The position numbers and the translations under genes were made by a program. From an uncultured Porphyromonadaceae bacterium (lineage in GTDB: Bacteria > Bacteroidota > Bacteroidia > Bacteroidales > Barnesiellaceae_A), in contig CALATP010000064.1 in NCBI GenBank assembly GCA_937891845.1, positions 14,567-78,566 of the forward strand: a stretch of 64,000 nt of DNA. The letters run 5' to 3'. Numbering within the stretch: the first letter of the stretch is position 1; each line of letters opens with the position of its first letter. The notes below the pieces were generated by a model, which was not told the DNA's origin, made no database searches, and worked only from the letters and a program-made list of their open reading frames with translations. Shown piece by piece: positions 36,801 through 44,800 of this stretch.

Positions 36801-38311
36801 TTGGCGAAAAACTCTACGCATCATTATTGAAAAAGAAAAATGAGGGCAAGGCAGTAGAAGAACAATCGCGTGCATTCCACGTGGCAGATGCTAAGGCTCT
36901 TACCGAGTTGAATGCAACAAATATGGATATCAACCACTTGAATAAAGTGATAAAGTGGATGCCTGGATTGACCAATATTTATGCCGATGGCAACAATCTT
37001 ACAACTGTAAACTTGAAATCGGCGTCTGTTAAATTAGGTAGGTTTCAGACTACTATGAAATTTATTGGTAAAATTGACAATTTAAGTTTAGCAAATATCG
37101 GTACATTGGAGTCGCTTATTTTACCAAGTACAACATCACAATATGTCAACAATCTTGATCTGACTAATTCAACAGTGTCGAATACTACATTTAACAATGC
37201 AATTTCTCAAGTTAAGAATAGGTTGATTTTAAGTAACCCGGGTGGAACAGCTTCGGCTTATGAACTGAATAATAGTTCTTCGGCTGTTGATGTATTGTAT
37301 TATGGTAACACATCAAAGAAATTGAATGTTAATTCTTGCGAGCTTGACTCATTGGTGTTGACCAATGCTAATATGGTATTACCTGCAACGATTACTTCTA
37401 CTACAAATATTTCTATTGATAATATTGTAGTGAGAGATGATGCAAAAACTAACTTTGGAACCGGCTTGAGGGTTAATACACAAGTGACTATAGCCAAGAA
37501 TACATATTTTGAAAACTTTGTATTAACAGCCAATTTATTAGAAACGTGGTTAAAGCTTACCTCCGATAAGTTGACTATGAACAATTGTAGAATGCCTATC
37601 CCCGGTTCTCTTGCTGTTGCTACGACAAGTACAAGCAAAACTAAACAATTGGTAATATCTAATATGACCACTGATGTGTCATTTGTAAGTTGTAACTTTG
37701 ACAAAGTATTGGTAGAAAATGGAGTTATTACTCTAAATGGTAGGAGTACTAATAAAATTAATATAGACCAATTTATTGTAAGAGGTAACACTACAATTAA
37801 TTTCCAAACTGCCGATATGATGTTGATGTGGCTATATGGCTGGCAAACTCAGAATCCGGGGGTAACAGTAAACTATAAGGTTTCGGCAATGACTTCCGAA
37901 AAAGAATCTCTTGCAGCTATGGCAAATGCATTTATCAGTTCCGGTCAGCTTGATTTGAACAGTATGTCGCAAGCCGAAATTATTAACGCATTGAATGTGT
38001 TGATTGAAAAAGGATTCTTGCCTAAAGGCGATCGTTACGATGAAATTGTAGAAAAGCTCAATAACAACAAAAAACTTGTTGAAGATGTGGAATTAGAGCC
38101 TATTGAAGATGAAGAAAGTGAACCCACAGAGACTCCATCAACCGGTAGCCGTACTACTAATACCGTGGCTACACGACCTTCAACAACAACAAGACCATCC
38201 ACATCGGGCACTTCTACAAGAAGTAGTTCTACAACTACCCGTAGAGCATCAGGTACTACTACTAGCAGTAGTTCTACAACAGGCAGAAGATTGCCCGCAT
38301 TGAATCTATAA
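24803..38311 (+). CDS. Giant (4,502 aa) secreted multidomain protein: seven N-terminal modules, large beta-rich core, acidic helical segment, two LRR blocks, Ser/Thr/Arg tail
   Basis: A single uninterrupted 13.5-kb ORF with a signal peptide (MIKHRIFSIVTFICSLLCASMAMAQD). Repeated modules start at aa 29, 347, 503, 663, 843, 1010 and 1176. The helical, acidic stretch lies around 33560-33800. Canonical LxxLxLxxN repeats run from about aa 3386 to 4359. No T9SS CTD is present. Confidence 0.9.
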   Translation: MIKHRIFSIVTFICSLLCASMAMAQDVYVDVRPKQNPLPAQAALYVDNPGRFFSITLNNLSDEPIPVRLELRVEGPIESQMDIWPNGNDYLAIVADRPIEYYQYLDKGQVRTLADSELNLMFNQYVNNERYAGGKISEIFSNVTEGHVGLLPEGHYGLRVIVKTNYIDQNDRGRVVGENECYFDISYKGSAPSFIEPTASSDGGYLKADFPYQTGRFAWTPPTFSNNRLDASRNILYDFRIMRVTDGMSAYDAATRGAVAYEQKGLMTTFCNVPYSVISTLRRSGDTRYVAQVTARSLVSDASSNQFVMIDNDGKSEIMELYLPPFSSTGQDGDIAIPDDAAFPIIATIQPKASVLNSEMENYFLIPSQLFTVTLKNTSSKEYEVSMLLQFHKGNWGVCPTPAMQHSDRSMTIAAGAEITLDDDMLDYLAGEYLMDYIIAFKAETGFIIGPPSSTHFQDINNFATLRVCEFTGQPVLREKIIGKARCEYTVDPNVELGNDFKIEFTPKMELMPHQPEIYFTNPSRLYNLKITNLTTSNKKLTAILQYVIDEDHSYNGYDEKGDRIDQYFEIGAGDTFIFSDADFDKLFGGFKSVNYQGKSGQVAGQSFSKFEFSDDDNNIARINLFDYEKLLKNKDKKSEALIQTGDVEFVVSDMIKVGRVNITIKPALTEMPFWGDPYIAEPGRLFDISIENTSDATLRLMPQLTYKGVEVDGVTYDYVPLQCYQDNITDIILEPYDKKDLTIDEINRWLGGAQKDFDGDGVIDTVAMRYNYDTEKVESCTDVLMMFNGNETGIVEFRLLNRIMYDELVAVNDPDRINKSLESSAICEFIPNEDATLSVVDVEIKKKSDLMPTNPDAYFDKPEKLWDITLRNSATHEVDVVLYPLIAFNDEYGIEYTTRKLADCKRITLKAGQEMPLTEAEINALFGGRNAYRLRDESNGVVNSDLIPYHELDEKINVGVELTNRFKILVLSDAILSEDREGTLEDYSYGSGYIEWKANDTYTLHDLTITITPKEEHLVDDGKAYFVSPGALFDVEIKNNTNRVQNTVLAISYLFDETGAYYQGDLTNRNDIPLSIGANDTKKLTAKELNDMCGNMTKVYRFNPTTDGFDRQEITFDEIKVNVTSYNRVEINAYNTDSLKTSTKEDPYRLQKAYLGGDKSDFNARSGVSDIGLKVIIEPKSGATFKSDAEPYYATPADLFDVTLINENAVDAQVKLRITYNKRFYGDDRDSVITIKSNTTMKLDGTRLNNICGGYDLYSDKIHELNEKGEYVGTKSGKEVVMKEGVNIVTALLWRKEEKDHKFVVDTICTHDSIFVTSFSQIKIGEYDLTIEDIEKVTGGNKEQEKLKNDCYKGKGYVTAPIMGVKVDINVEWDSIYINWKEKKVTLGTVKSRQPENQFFPAELFSDDTKELLKTVSDSVFVEKVDSIFDARNINEYYRWVQKDIQYVQNLTGGGRVTLPIGISFPMKSGGQCPADIQLAQMTFSEKEAKMDIIGEFVLPETDYLGNVTYDNGVSKYSGDILVFAAQDLVTTPGKFLPESGTLGLLTDITVKDPGTGFDFTFVAPLTRFSEATSGCFIRWENGNFGALSASIKVNVPGGEVVKVVDGVVDETGAPPSIQIDALINDGSDWFGNVSMDSFEIVDLPDFTFTVAGTKAGDTGIYYDHSRKTTRGSESEAGGLGRVEFHPDYYDKTLGGSGKPASDKTAYNAWQGFYFKELGVELPHYDFLNNTTEERPKITVNNLMYDETGFSMSAEVKNVIDYSTEKAGGWRFSIDSIALSVLQGNFRDTGFKGKIGIPLLSDKSASNDTVTVPAAILYKAKVIAFDKKSNAKKGTSTTFELDQEMDSMAINCFLAEVYLENSKTWFWINHNTTRPEDRQTLFDFSLGGSIKINCGDFSLPEIPFSGMGYSNCTAAEKESAEEQFKTSQQSTTPSKPDNPKSQIKSPDGSKTFSLGDWDFNKNDASSEESYFQGFPVYIKDLSLDIQGTDKVGIKFNCGLSVMGSKKAGVSADVGLGIYAKINWDDFSLAYDTTEVSDLQLQGHFGGVVTISGGLEFCKTEEKEGFATKAGAPLELGIKGLFNLQIAGGYYKVKKTEEDYALDTFDEKKDAYFHAGYFLGKASKMNVPMGPVALTSVMGGLFINYGTTAGGVSGTDKAFYEAIQENAKIKYKTYGGAFGIGLSSVGSEALLKGDLNFMLLIDINGSKVRVPEFHMQGNVHAICANPDSEEGLINSSVDLIFQDNTDENDPQPDQCKRFNLNMTTTAGATIDQLYEQFTGEKLEVPEAVGDFLSDLDAKNASDENKGEGGNTADTSSKTESKGFLKAGCSAEIKLELEIRNYPYATDGKKTFWHIYVGKPTPDNERCRITFIDFEIGKDKPVGLWAKVYANAYLCLGNELPDNGALPPIPDKVLEALGMKGADGKAHPENMSKLEAEREDQMSGFKNRGINGGIMVGAALGAEIGCNAVFCYASVEGMLGFDMVLKKFSPGERCGDGTLMGGTNGYYATGQLYAMLKGELGLMLDLWIYKGKIPLVDMTLGALLQGGFPNPTWVYGRLRASGSVLGGLIKFNSTIEMKAGRVCVPAFGNPLDDVKIFGDFNPGDEDLENGWAAENAVSPYSTVSFTTNMKMGKYLPLVDQTRTANNIGMDIPEEGEKAEDKTVLRTYVFYLGRVDDEGEPISSVPTFEITQYNDNSTSDSRPETDARYIECTNPSGDKENFTLITGSLKENKCYRVVLSGYCKEVVNGKEINPIFNDSTTNYQDKEEVWDQLQTVYFRTGEFSKNIVDDVAGFTPMAVDDKYNYYTATLEDVTNPTVMMRNDRESYWNNPDYEFSASLTEYVERENEDGVTVGEWVYPDAKDGLYRGQKSAYQDLEIKLVTEKGVDEYGDEYFYQTVKLAQPLPKEAFKKGGRYKFEITRFNRKLMTDQLNLIEERYEDMMNVIQSDKETFEKELDKMNDDEKAVAKQLYDYYQSMEEEYGENTAEQRKVEFMEQAKQNSDMFVEVVWSHEYTYNGIATFQDYVRTKFDEGFDAYRNSSIRIGTSYKYFSLPLQYMYNGRLFRDYSFTRDNNPYYAMNYWHSKAFVWYGGDSGDKDGKLDKFKYCDEKILANVGISYDTYTPEASNLKFEQPTLKVSYPPYWEYRIISLGIKGYNWGSKRSDYAVQYMLDPIYGKEERATRWHNVPPNVYYLGQTMTSDIQQIYDIDCDAVINFESRLHLLWSNSTKYAHTYNLSGKNLEHFKTFNTNKAKLDSYSYGIATTKQGGLITFPEWQMGLMLGADNGHIKEVKGTRAQSVASYRYLMGSYDGTIYQFDKSLFLKNFKQLQFRVRYPDGYNQVSSTYGVRPEHQNIRDINVLCNLTEKGLEGGDFYRANYITYAVEDKIHFSDPEFRRYLTNNFDTDKDGSLSSAELNAITQIDVSYPAYKVESFDGLSFLPNLKIVGLYNFNYAQNGVKAMKVYFDFNELPQLEKLTLVNTNCDNITLDLGKAKNLKTFCVENSDLRRVRFNENSNLTKLEVRDCYDYFFDVDVVCNYRNLTYLDISGSGLNNDTVSIVGLTKLTHINVKPHSQKGNQRVTRKLLAEPFSQYTEYLSGNTFKTLNSHTGKAAGCKVDVVWYSIDESLLDENLCAALKDILKVSTLSGQATKDVTSLNLKGRKIKSLKYLEYFCPKLEELNVEDNQLKELDLSGYNFLIWIYAGNNNISYFDIANENNITTIDVSNNQISALPAHKMGKVTTLDCSENLIEELYVNSLKSLSIFDCSSNLLTEMIMDQVTGLTDVNISNNNFSTIKMPTSTSYLKKFVANNCLVDGLNLKLDLSSCSKLSEVELSDNPGLTYVWYPLKNIESIIAKNCNLTGTFNFYPGIAYDDNFGVLEHIDMSNNPNLTVNIYSDNFGANYVKYVNFTGCEVGVVDIGGIPYYAQGLQVRVGVPQRTSGVKVSITFSDVNWFERWEEWMKYPENRYTVIAFAKVGDTYEAYDDNQNAILEEITDEDQQMREDFGEKLYASLLKKKNEGKAVEEQSRAFHVADAKALTELNATNMDINHLNKVIKWMPGLTNIYADGNNLTTVNLKSASVKLGRFQTTMKFIGKIDNLSLANIGTLESLILPSTTSQYVNNLDLTNSTVSNTTFNNAISQVKNRLILSNPGGTASAYELNNSSSAVDVLYYGNTSKKLNVNSCELDSLVLTNANMVLPATITSTTNISIDNIVVRDDAKTNFGTGLRVNTQVTIAKNTYFENFVLTANLLETWLKLTSDKLTMNNCRMPIPGSLAVATTSTSKTKQLVISNMTTDVSFVSCNFDKVLVENGVITLNGRSTNKINIDQFIVRGNTTINFQTADMMLMWLYGWQTQNPGVTVNYKVSAMTSEKESLAAMANAFISSGQLDLNSMSQAEIINALNVLIEKGFLPKGDRYDEIVEKLNNNKKLVEDVELEPIEDEESEPTETPSTGSRTTNTVATRPSTTTRPSTSGTSTRSSSTTTRRASGTTTSSSSTTGRRLPALNL
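24887..28800 (+). repeat. Seven divergent protein-level modules (about 156-180 aa each) in the giant ORF
   Basis: Each module opens with a (V/I)xIxPK...P..(Y/F)(F/Y)..P..LF(D)(V/I)(T)LxNxS motif and later carries an L(T)xxE(I/L)Nxx(F)GG motif. All seven starts are in frame at nt 24887, 25841, 26309, 26789, 27329, 27830 and 28328. Confidence 0.7.
34960..37880 (+). repeat. Leucine-rich-repeat region of the giant ORF (two blocks)
   Basis: Example repeats are LEELNVEDNQLKELDLSGYNFLIWIYAGNNNISYFDIANENNITTIDVSNNQISALP and TTLDCSENLIEELYV. The second block starts about 36900 (LTELNATNMDINHL...YADGNNLTTVNL). Confidence 0.75.
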
Positions 38312-38350
38312 ATCGTTAAATTTTGATATAAACAAGATATACATAGAAAT

Positions 38351-40588
38351 ATGAAAAAGATACTAATAATAGGTGCATTACTCTTGTCGGTAGCAGGGTT
38401 GACTGCTCAGCAACCCACATATACCGATGAGGAAATCAGCAAAATGTCGAGAGAGGAATTTGCCGAATATCTCAACTCCATTCAAGTTGACACAACGGCA
38501 CAATTTGATACCATTGCCCAGCGACATCGTTTTGTGATAAGAACGCTCGTGCGACCCAAAGGCGATAAAGTGATACTGCGTTGGGCTCCCGATCAGTATG
38601 TGCCTTGGTTCTTTGGTAATATTCACGGATATAAACTATTGCGCATAGATGACGATGGCAATATCGACACTCTTGAATCTTGCTTGAAACCGATGCCTCT
38701 TGAGCAAATGAAAACCCATTTCGAGCCGTCCGACTCGTTAGCCGGAGCAGCTGCACAGTTGGTGTACGGACAAGGTACTACACTCGATGAAGCCTTGGCA
38801 AGTGAAGGCGCAAAAGGTATTATGAAAGTATATGAAGAGCAAGAAACACGATTTGCCTATGCAATGTTGTTGGCCGAAATCCGTCCCGACATCGCCAAGG
38901 CAATGGGTTTGATGTGGGAAGATAAGACTGCCCAAAAAGGAAAAACCTACGAATATGTTGTGGCATCAAATATTCCCGACTCGATAGCTTATATGTCCAC
39001 AATGCCCATAGTGGTGAAAAATGTGCGTCAAGAGCCGGTACATTTCGATCCGATTATTACCGACTCAATAGGTCAAGATGGTCGTTCGATAAGACTTTTC
39101 TGGCCTATGAATCATAACTTCAGTACCTACGATATAGAATGCCGTTATAATGGAGGAGAGTGGGAAAAACTCAATGAACATCCATTCTTGACTCTTATGA
39201 CTGTCGAAGATGAGGACGCCGGACAAAATATTTATAGTCACAATGATGCAGAAGTAGGACTCTATGAATATCGCATTTGTGGTTACGATGCCTTTGGTGA
39301 TAAGAGTAATTATAGTACCGTAGTAGAGGTAGAACTCAAAGATATTATTGCTCCTACACCTCCTGAATTGCGCCAATTTTACTTGAATAAGGAAGATAAT
39401 GGCGACTATGTGGTAGATATCCATTGGACCAAAGCCGAGCTCGAACCCGACTTTGTTGGATATGACATCTATTACTATCAACCCAAGGTACACGACAATT
39501 GGTTGAAGATTAACGAGCAACGATTAGCACCAACCGATACAACCTATCGTTACACTCTGCCCGTAGATATGTCGGCATATATTACTATTGCAGCTTTCGA
39601 CACAATAGGCAACTATACAGCATCGCTGCCGGCCGAGGTACACATTGTCGATGAAATACCACCCTCAGCGCCCACCAATCTCCGGTATCAATTGTCACCC
39701 AACGGACTGCTCACAATAATGTGGAACCCTTCGCCCGAGGATGATGTGTATCGTTATCAAGTTTATAAAGCCGATAATAGCAAGATGGAATTCTTGCCAA
39801 TGAAAGGACGATTGGTGAGCGATACGGTTGCATTGGATACAATCCCCGTAAAAGGACAACAACGATATAATTACTATCGTGTAAAAGCCTATGACTTTTC
39901 GGGTAACGAATCGGACTTCTCAGAGATACTAGAAGTGCAACGTCTTAACTTTAAGCAACCGGAGCCTTGTCGTATCGACTCGCTCTATACGACCGAAGAG
40001 TATGTCTATATGAAGTGGTACCCATCTCCCGAAAATGATGTGGTAAAATACTATGTTTATCGTCATCGCTCGGATGAAGAGGTGGCTCAACTTATCAAGG
40101 TGGTATCTGCCGATTCGTTGGTCGATGGCCGCATTATCATATATGATACACCTATACCGCACAGCGAGAAACGTTATCACTATTACATCGAGTCGATGAA
40201 TGCTACGGGTGTAAGCTCAAGACCTTCGCACGAGGTATCATCGATGTTTAAGGGGCCGAGAACAATCCGTGCAACAGTAACCCTCAGTGCCAATTATCGT
40301 CCCGATATGGATCGTATCATATTGGCTTGGGACTATCACGACCTTACACAAGAGATTATAGATGAAGGTGCTTACTTATGCTTGTATCGCAAGATAGAGG
40401 GCGAAGAATACTTCCAATTTATGGAATCGTTGAGGATAACCGAACGCTCTACTTATGACCGTCGTGTACCGGAGGGAAAGACTGCCGAGTACGAAATGCG
40501 TATTCTCACTCGCACAGGTAAGAAGAGCGAGTACTCCAATCGCGCACAAGCAACAGTTCCGGTAAAACAGGCCGAAATGAGCAATTAA
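38351..40588 (+). CDS. Secreted protein with multiple fibronectin type III-like domains
   Basis: 745 aa with a signal peptide (MKKILIIGALLLSVAGLTAQQ). FN3-like units repeat (SIRLFWPMNH...YEYRICGYDAFGDKSNYS; PTNLRYQLSPNGLLTIMWNPSPEDDVYRYQVYK...YYRVKAYDFSGNESDFS; MKWYPSPENDVVKYYVYRH). Confidence 0.8.
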   Translation: MKKILIIGALLLSVAGLTAQQPTYTDEEISKMSREEFAEYLNSIQVDTTAQFDTIAQRHRFVIRTLVRPKGDKVILRWAPDQYVPWFFGNIHGYKLLRIDDDGNIDTLESCLKPMPLEQMKTHFEPSDSLAGAAAQLVYGQGTTLDEALASEGAKGIMKVYEEQETRFAYAMLLAEIRPDIAKAMGLMWEDKTAQKGKTYEYVVASNIPDSIAYMSTMPIVVKNVRQEPVHFDPIITDSIGQDGRSIRLFWPMNHNFSTYDIECRYNGGEWEKLNEHPFLTLMTVEDEDAGQNIYSHNDAEVGLYEYRICGYDAFGDKSNYSTVVEVELKDIIAPTPPELRQFYLNKEDNGDYVVDIHWTKAELEPDFVGYDIYYYQPKVHDNWLKINEQRLAPTDTTYRYTLPVDMSAYITIAAFDTIGNYTASLPAEVHIVDEIPPSAPTNLRYQLSPNGLLTIMWNPSPEDDVYRYQVYKADNSKMEFLPMKGRLVSDTVALDTIPVKGQQRYNYYRVKAYDFSGNESDFSEILEVQRLNFKQPEPCRIDSLYTTEEYVYMKWYPSPENDVVKYYVYRHRSDEEVAQLIKVVSADSLVDGRIIIYDTPIPHSEKRYHYYIESMNATGVSSRPSHEVSSMFKGPRTIRATVTLSANYRPDMDRIILAWDYHDLTQEIIDEGAYLCLYRKIEGEEYFQFMESLRITERSTYDRRVPEGKTAEYEMRILTRTGKKSEYSNRAQATVPVKQAEMSN

Positions 40589-40612
40589 TACGATATGTAA
40601 TAAATTAGTAAT

Positions 40613-41314
40613 ATGAAACTAATCCGAAATATATGGCTACTGCTGACGGTGTTATTGGTAACATCGTGTGGCGAATTGTTCAATCTGAACGTTAATGATG
40701 CCGATGCCCCCGATGGAGTGATGATGACACATCACAACATCGATGTGATGGTAGGTGACTCGGTATTTTTCGATGCAAAGGCCTATCCTGACTCGGTGGT
40801 AGTATCTTATAGATGGAAATTATTGGGTGATACCGACGCCGGTAAATTGGAGGGAAATTGGTTTCACGCTACGGCTGCCGGAGAGTTGCAACTACAAGTT
40901 GAGGCCGAGAATATCGACCTTGTTGACGACTCTATCTTTACAGTAAAGGATGTATGTGATATCGTAGTTTTTGAATGGAGCGAAGGAGCCGATCAAGGCG
41001 AGTACCTTTATGAGACTGTCGTATATGCCTCGCTTGAAATAGATGAAGTAGATGTGACTGCTTCTATCGACAGCCTCCAAGTAGTAGCAGTGGTCAAAGA
41101 CGAGGTGAGAGCTCGTGCCGAGATGAAAGAAGCCTATGGTGTGAATTATCTGCAATTGCGTATTGGCTCGTATTGGCCCGGTGAGATCGCTACTCTCCAA
41201 TGCTATCATCCGGGATTGCATCAGCATTTTGTTTTTCAAGAGATAAAGCTCAACGGATCTACATACGGACGATTGTCCGATCTTGTAAAACTTGTAGGAT
41301 ATAGTAAAGATTAA
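40613..41314 (+). CDS. Lipoprotein, unknown function
   Basis: 233 aa with a lipobox (LLVTSCGE). It is beta-rich, with an Ig-like-looking N-terminal part (IDVMVGDSVFFDAKAYPDSVVVSYRWKLLG). Confidence 0.72.
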   Translation: MKLIRNIWLLLTVLLVTSCGELFNLNVNDADAPDGVMMTHHNIDVMVGDSVFFDAKAYPDSVVVSYRWKLLGDTDAGKLEGNWFHATAAGELQLQVEAENIDLVDDSIFTVKDVCDIVVFEWSEGADQGEYLYETVVYASLEIDEVDVTASIDSLQVVAVVKDEVRARAEMKEAYGVNYLQLRIGSYWPGEIATLQCYHPGLHQHFVFQEIKLNGSTYGRLSDLVKLVGYSKD

Positions 41315-41331
41315 TTATAAAGCTAGATGAT

Positions 41332-41829
41332 ATGAAAAAGTTGAAATTGGTGCTATTGATGCTTTTGTGCGTGATTATGGCAAATGCATCTGAAGATTTG
41401 AAGCAATTTGACAAGATTGTACTTCAACTGACTGATGGAACGAGATACGAAATACCTATCAATAGTAGTTCATATATATATTCGTGTATAGAAGAAAGTG
41501 ATACAATAGTGCGACAAGTCGTAATTGTCAAAGGTGACAATTGTGAATATAAATTTGAACGAGCTGAAATAGCATCGATAAGGTGTGTTGAGGTTCCTGA
41601 AGGTATGGGTGTTACTCCTATAAAGACAGATAAACTGCGATATGAAGATGGTGTAATCAAGACGCACTCTTCTCTTGCCGGTGAATATATTACTATATAC
41701 GACCTTGCCGGACGTGTGGTTCTATATACCAAGATACAAGAGAAAACAGCCGTATCAATAGAGCATTTGCCGGTGGGTATCTATATTGCAAAATCTGGTG
41801 GTCAAACAATTAAAGTGGCAGTAAGATGA
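41332..41829 (+). CDS. Small T9SS C-terminal-sorting-domain protein
   Basis: 165 aa with a signal peptide (MKKLKLVLLMLLCVIMANA). The C-terminus (GEYITIYDLAGRVVLYTKIQEKTAVSIEHLPVGIYIAKSGGQTIKVAVR) is CTD-like. Its stop overlaps the next start (ATGA). Confidence 0.72.
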   Translation: MKKLKLVLLMLLCVIMANASEDLKQFDKIVLQLTDGTRYEIPINSSSYIYSCIEESDTIVRQVVIVKGDNCEYKFERAEIASIRCVEVPEGMGVTPIKTDKLRYEDGVIKTHSSLAGEYITIYDLAGRVVLYTKIQEKTAVSIEHLPVGIYIAKSGGQTIKVAVR

Positions 41830-44800
41830 GACGAAATATAAAACATTTGATTGTTTGGGTTCTGATGCTAATGGTATTAGCCCCCAATGTCAAGGCGCAA
41901 GTTGACCTGCAAAGTTCCTTTATGGTGATGAGAAAAGATAGTCTTATTAATGGTATTCTCGAAGGAGGTGAGTGGATTATAAAGTTTACCGATACCGACA
42001 CTTTGGGTAATATATACGACTATCCCGTGGCAATGAATGTACAAAGTATTGTCAAACCCGATACTGCATTTATCCCATTGGAAGAAGTTGATAGTGTGAT
42101 GTTTCAACTTCCGGAATCGGAAATGGAGTATGGCGTGTTTGAACTTAAAGAGGAACACTTCAAGTATATAGTAAGTTCCGACAGTGTCACAACTGTCAAT
42201 TTCCGTATAGACTGCTTGACACAGATCGATTTACCCCGAGTGGGTCAAAAGGTTATCTGCAATATCTTGCGCGACCCATTGCCATTTGGTTTGGTAGGTC
42301 AAGTTAAGAGCGTTAAAGTGAGCTATGATGACGGTTATATTCAGATGGTATGTAACCCTTTGACATTGGGCGATATTTATACCAAATATTACAAAGTATC
42401 GGTTACAGATGAGATGGACGAAAGCGTAACACCAAGCGGCTCGCGAGCTACTCGTGCACTTGCTCCGCCGGCGATGAAGCCTCAAGATTATGAAATTACA
42501 CCCAAAAAACTCGGTTGCCCTTTTAAAGGAGGTAGTTATTTGGTATGTGATGATAATGCTAATCTTAAAATTACCAACGATCCGGGCTTGTTATCGTCTA
42601 GTAGTCATATATTCTCTTTCGGAGTAGAAGTGGACGGTAGTATTGCTGTTTATCATATTGCGGCTATCGATAGGGAACGGGATCTCGATTATACCGATGT
42701 ATTCATAGAATTTGATTTATTGGCAAAGTTACCAATGAGGTTCACGATGGCAAAATTTAATCCTATGAAAAATATGTGGGAGGGTACTCCTTTCGAGAAG
42801 AAAGACAAGTTAGAAATAGATTTTCCCAATATCCCAACACCAGTTCCGGGCCTATCCGTAACAACACGAACCGGTATGGAATATGATGCGTCTATCCAAT
42901 TGGTTTTTCAAATAGCTCCTACAATACCTATACGTAAGCGCATAGGTCTGCATCTCGATGGTTTGAATTCGTCGGGAATATTTGATGACCTGCCGGGAGA
43001 TCAAAATCCTAAAGATAATAATGAAGAGGGTATTAACACATCGATTTTGCTTCGTGGAAGCATCTCTGTAGGTATGTATATAGAGGCCGGATTGTCTATT
43101 GCTAATTTTTTTGACCTTGTGATAAATGTCAAACCTACAGTGCGCTTGGGTGGAAGCATCGATTTTAATCCAGGGCATATCAATAATAGAGTAACTGATA
43201 TTGAGAACGGTGACATCGAAATGATGAAGGAAATCTATACAAATTTCACTCAGAATAATGGTCTTAATATTGAAGCCGGTGTAATATTGGATGGAAAGGC
43301 AAAAATTCCTGCTATAGACGTTTTGGAATTGTCACTTGTTGAATTCCTTAAAAGTGTAGGAGTTCTTAAAGGAGATCCATTTATGTTTCCCGCTTCTAGA
43401 ATTTCGGCGTTGTCACCTTTCACTCCGTCCGATATATCGCTTATGAGCATAGGCCTAAATGATTATTACTCTATGACTTTTGAGCGAGATGCTATTGCCT
43501 CAACAGCTTTGTTTCAAGATAAGGCAACGGGTGGACTATTTTTCAAAGATAAGTCAAATAAATTCATAATCTCAAGAGAAATAGATTCGTGGAAAGACAT
43601 ATACGATAAGAATAACGCCTTTGATTTAGGGCAGTCGTGTCGGGGAGAAAAGGTCTCGGTATATCCATATTTATATACCACCTACACCGGCTATATGACA
43701 CCCGGAAAAGCCGAAGATGTGTATATCCCATTCCAACCTACAATTGAGATTGTTGGAGAACCTTCGTATGATGTAATTAAGTTTAAGGGAGCTGTAGTTG
43801 AGGACGAAATAAAAAATAATATTGACAAATATAGAAAGGTGCGTGTCCTTATTGAGGTTGTTGATAAAAGTGAGAATGGGTTCTTTAATAATACAACTCA
43901 ATCATATGATTTGGATGACAATGGTGAGTTTGAAGGTCAGATAGAACGCCATATGTTTCAGAATTACTTTGGTCTAAAAGCCAGAAAAGCCAACATCAGC
44001 GTACAGGTATATGACCCTGACGATAATGTATATTGTTCAAGCGAAAAGGTATATGCCGAGTATCTTGATTTGTCGAGACCTACAACTCTTGCCGCAACAG
44101 ATATCACATACAATAGCGCAACATTAAATGCCGAATTATCTGAAGACCTGATTTTTGAAATTCTTTATGGCGATAGTAAGGTAAAACTAGGATTTTTATA
44201 TCATATTCCGGGTGAGTCCGGTACAACCCAAGAAGTGGAATTTGATGCCAATGACATTATAGACAATGGCAAATATTACCATACAATCACCGGATTAAGA
44301 TCCAATACACAATATGAATATTATGCATACACGCGTGTTGATGGTATCAGATACGATGGTGATGTATTCTATTTGAATACCGAGTCGCCTATATCTAATG
44401 TTCGATACGAATCGGGATCGGACTTTATAATAACGTATGCCGATATTGTACAAGGATTTGTTGATGCAAGTGCGCGCCAAGACATATATTTTGAGCTTAC
44501 CGATTTTGATGATCGTAAATTCGAAAAAGCAACAAAACTAAACGTCGAGCCTGAAGATTGGACTATCCACGAAGACGGTTCAGCAACAGTAGATGTTATG
44601 TTCTTGGATCTCACGCCTTCAACATATTATAGATACCGATTGGTATTGATTGATGCTTCGGGTTATAAAATTATCAGTGAAGAAAAAGTTGCTATTACAT
44701 CGGAATCTGACTTAAAAGCAACAACAGGCTATGCAACCGTAGATGGCAATACAGCGACGATTAGAGGAAGTATATCGCCCTATTTGCTTGAATTGTTGAA

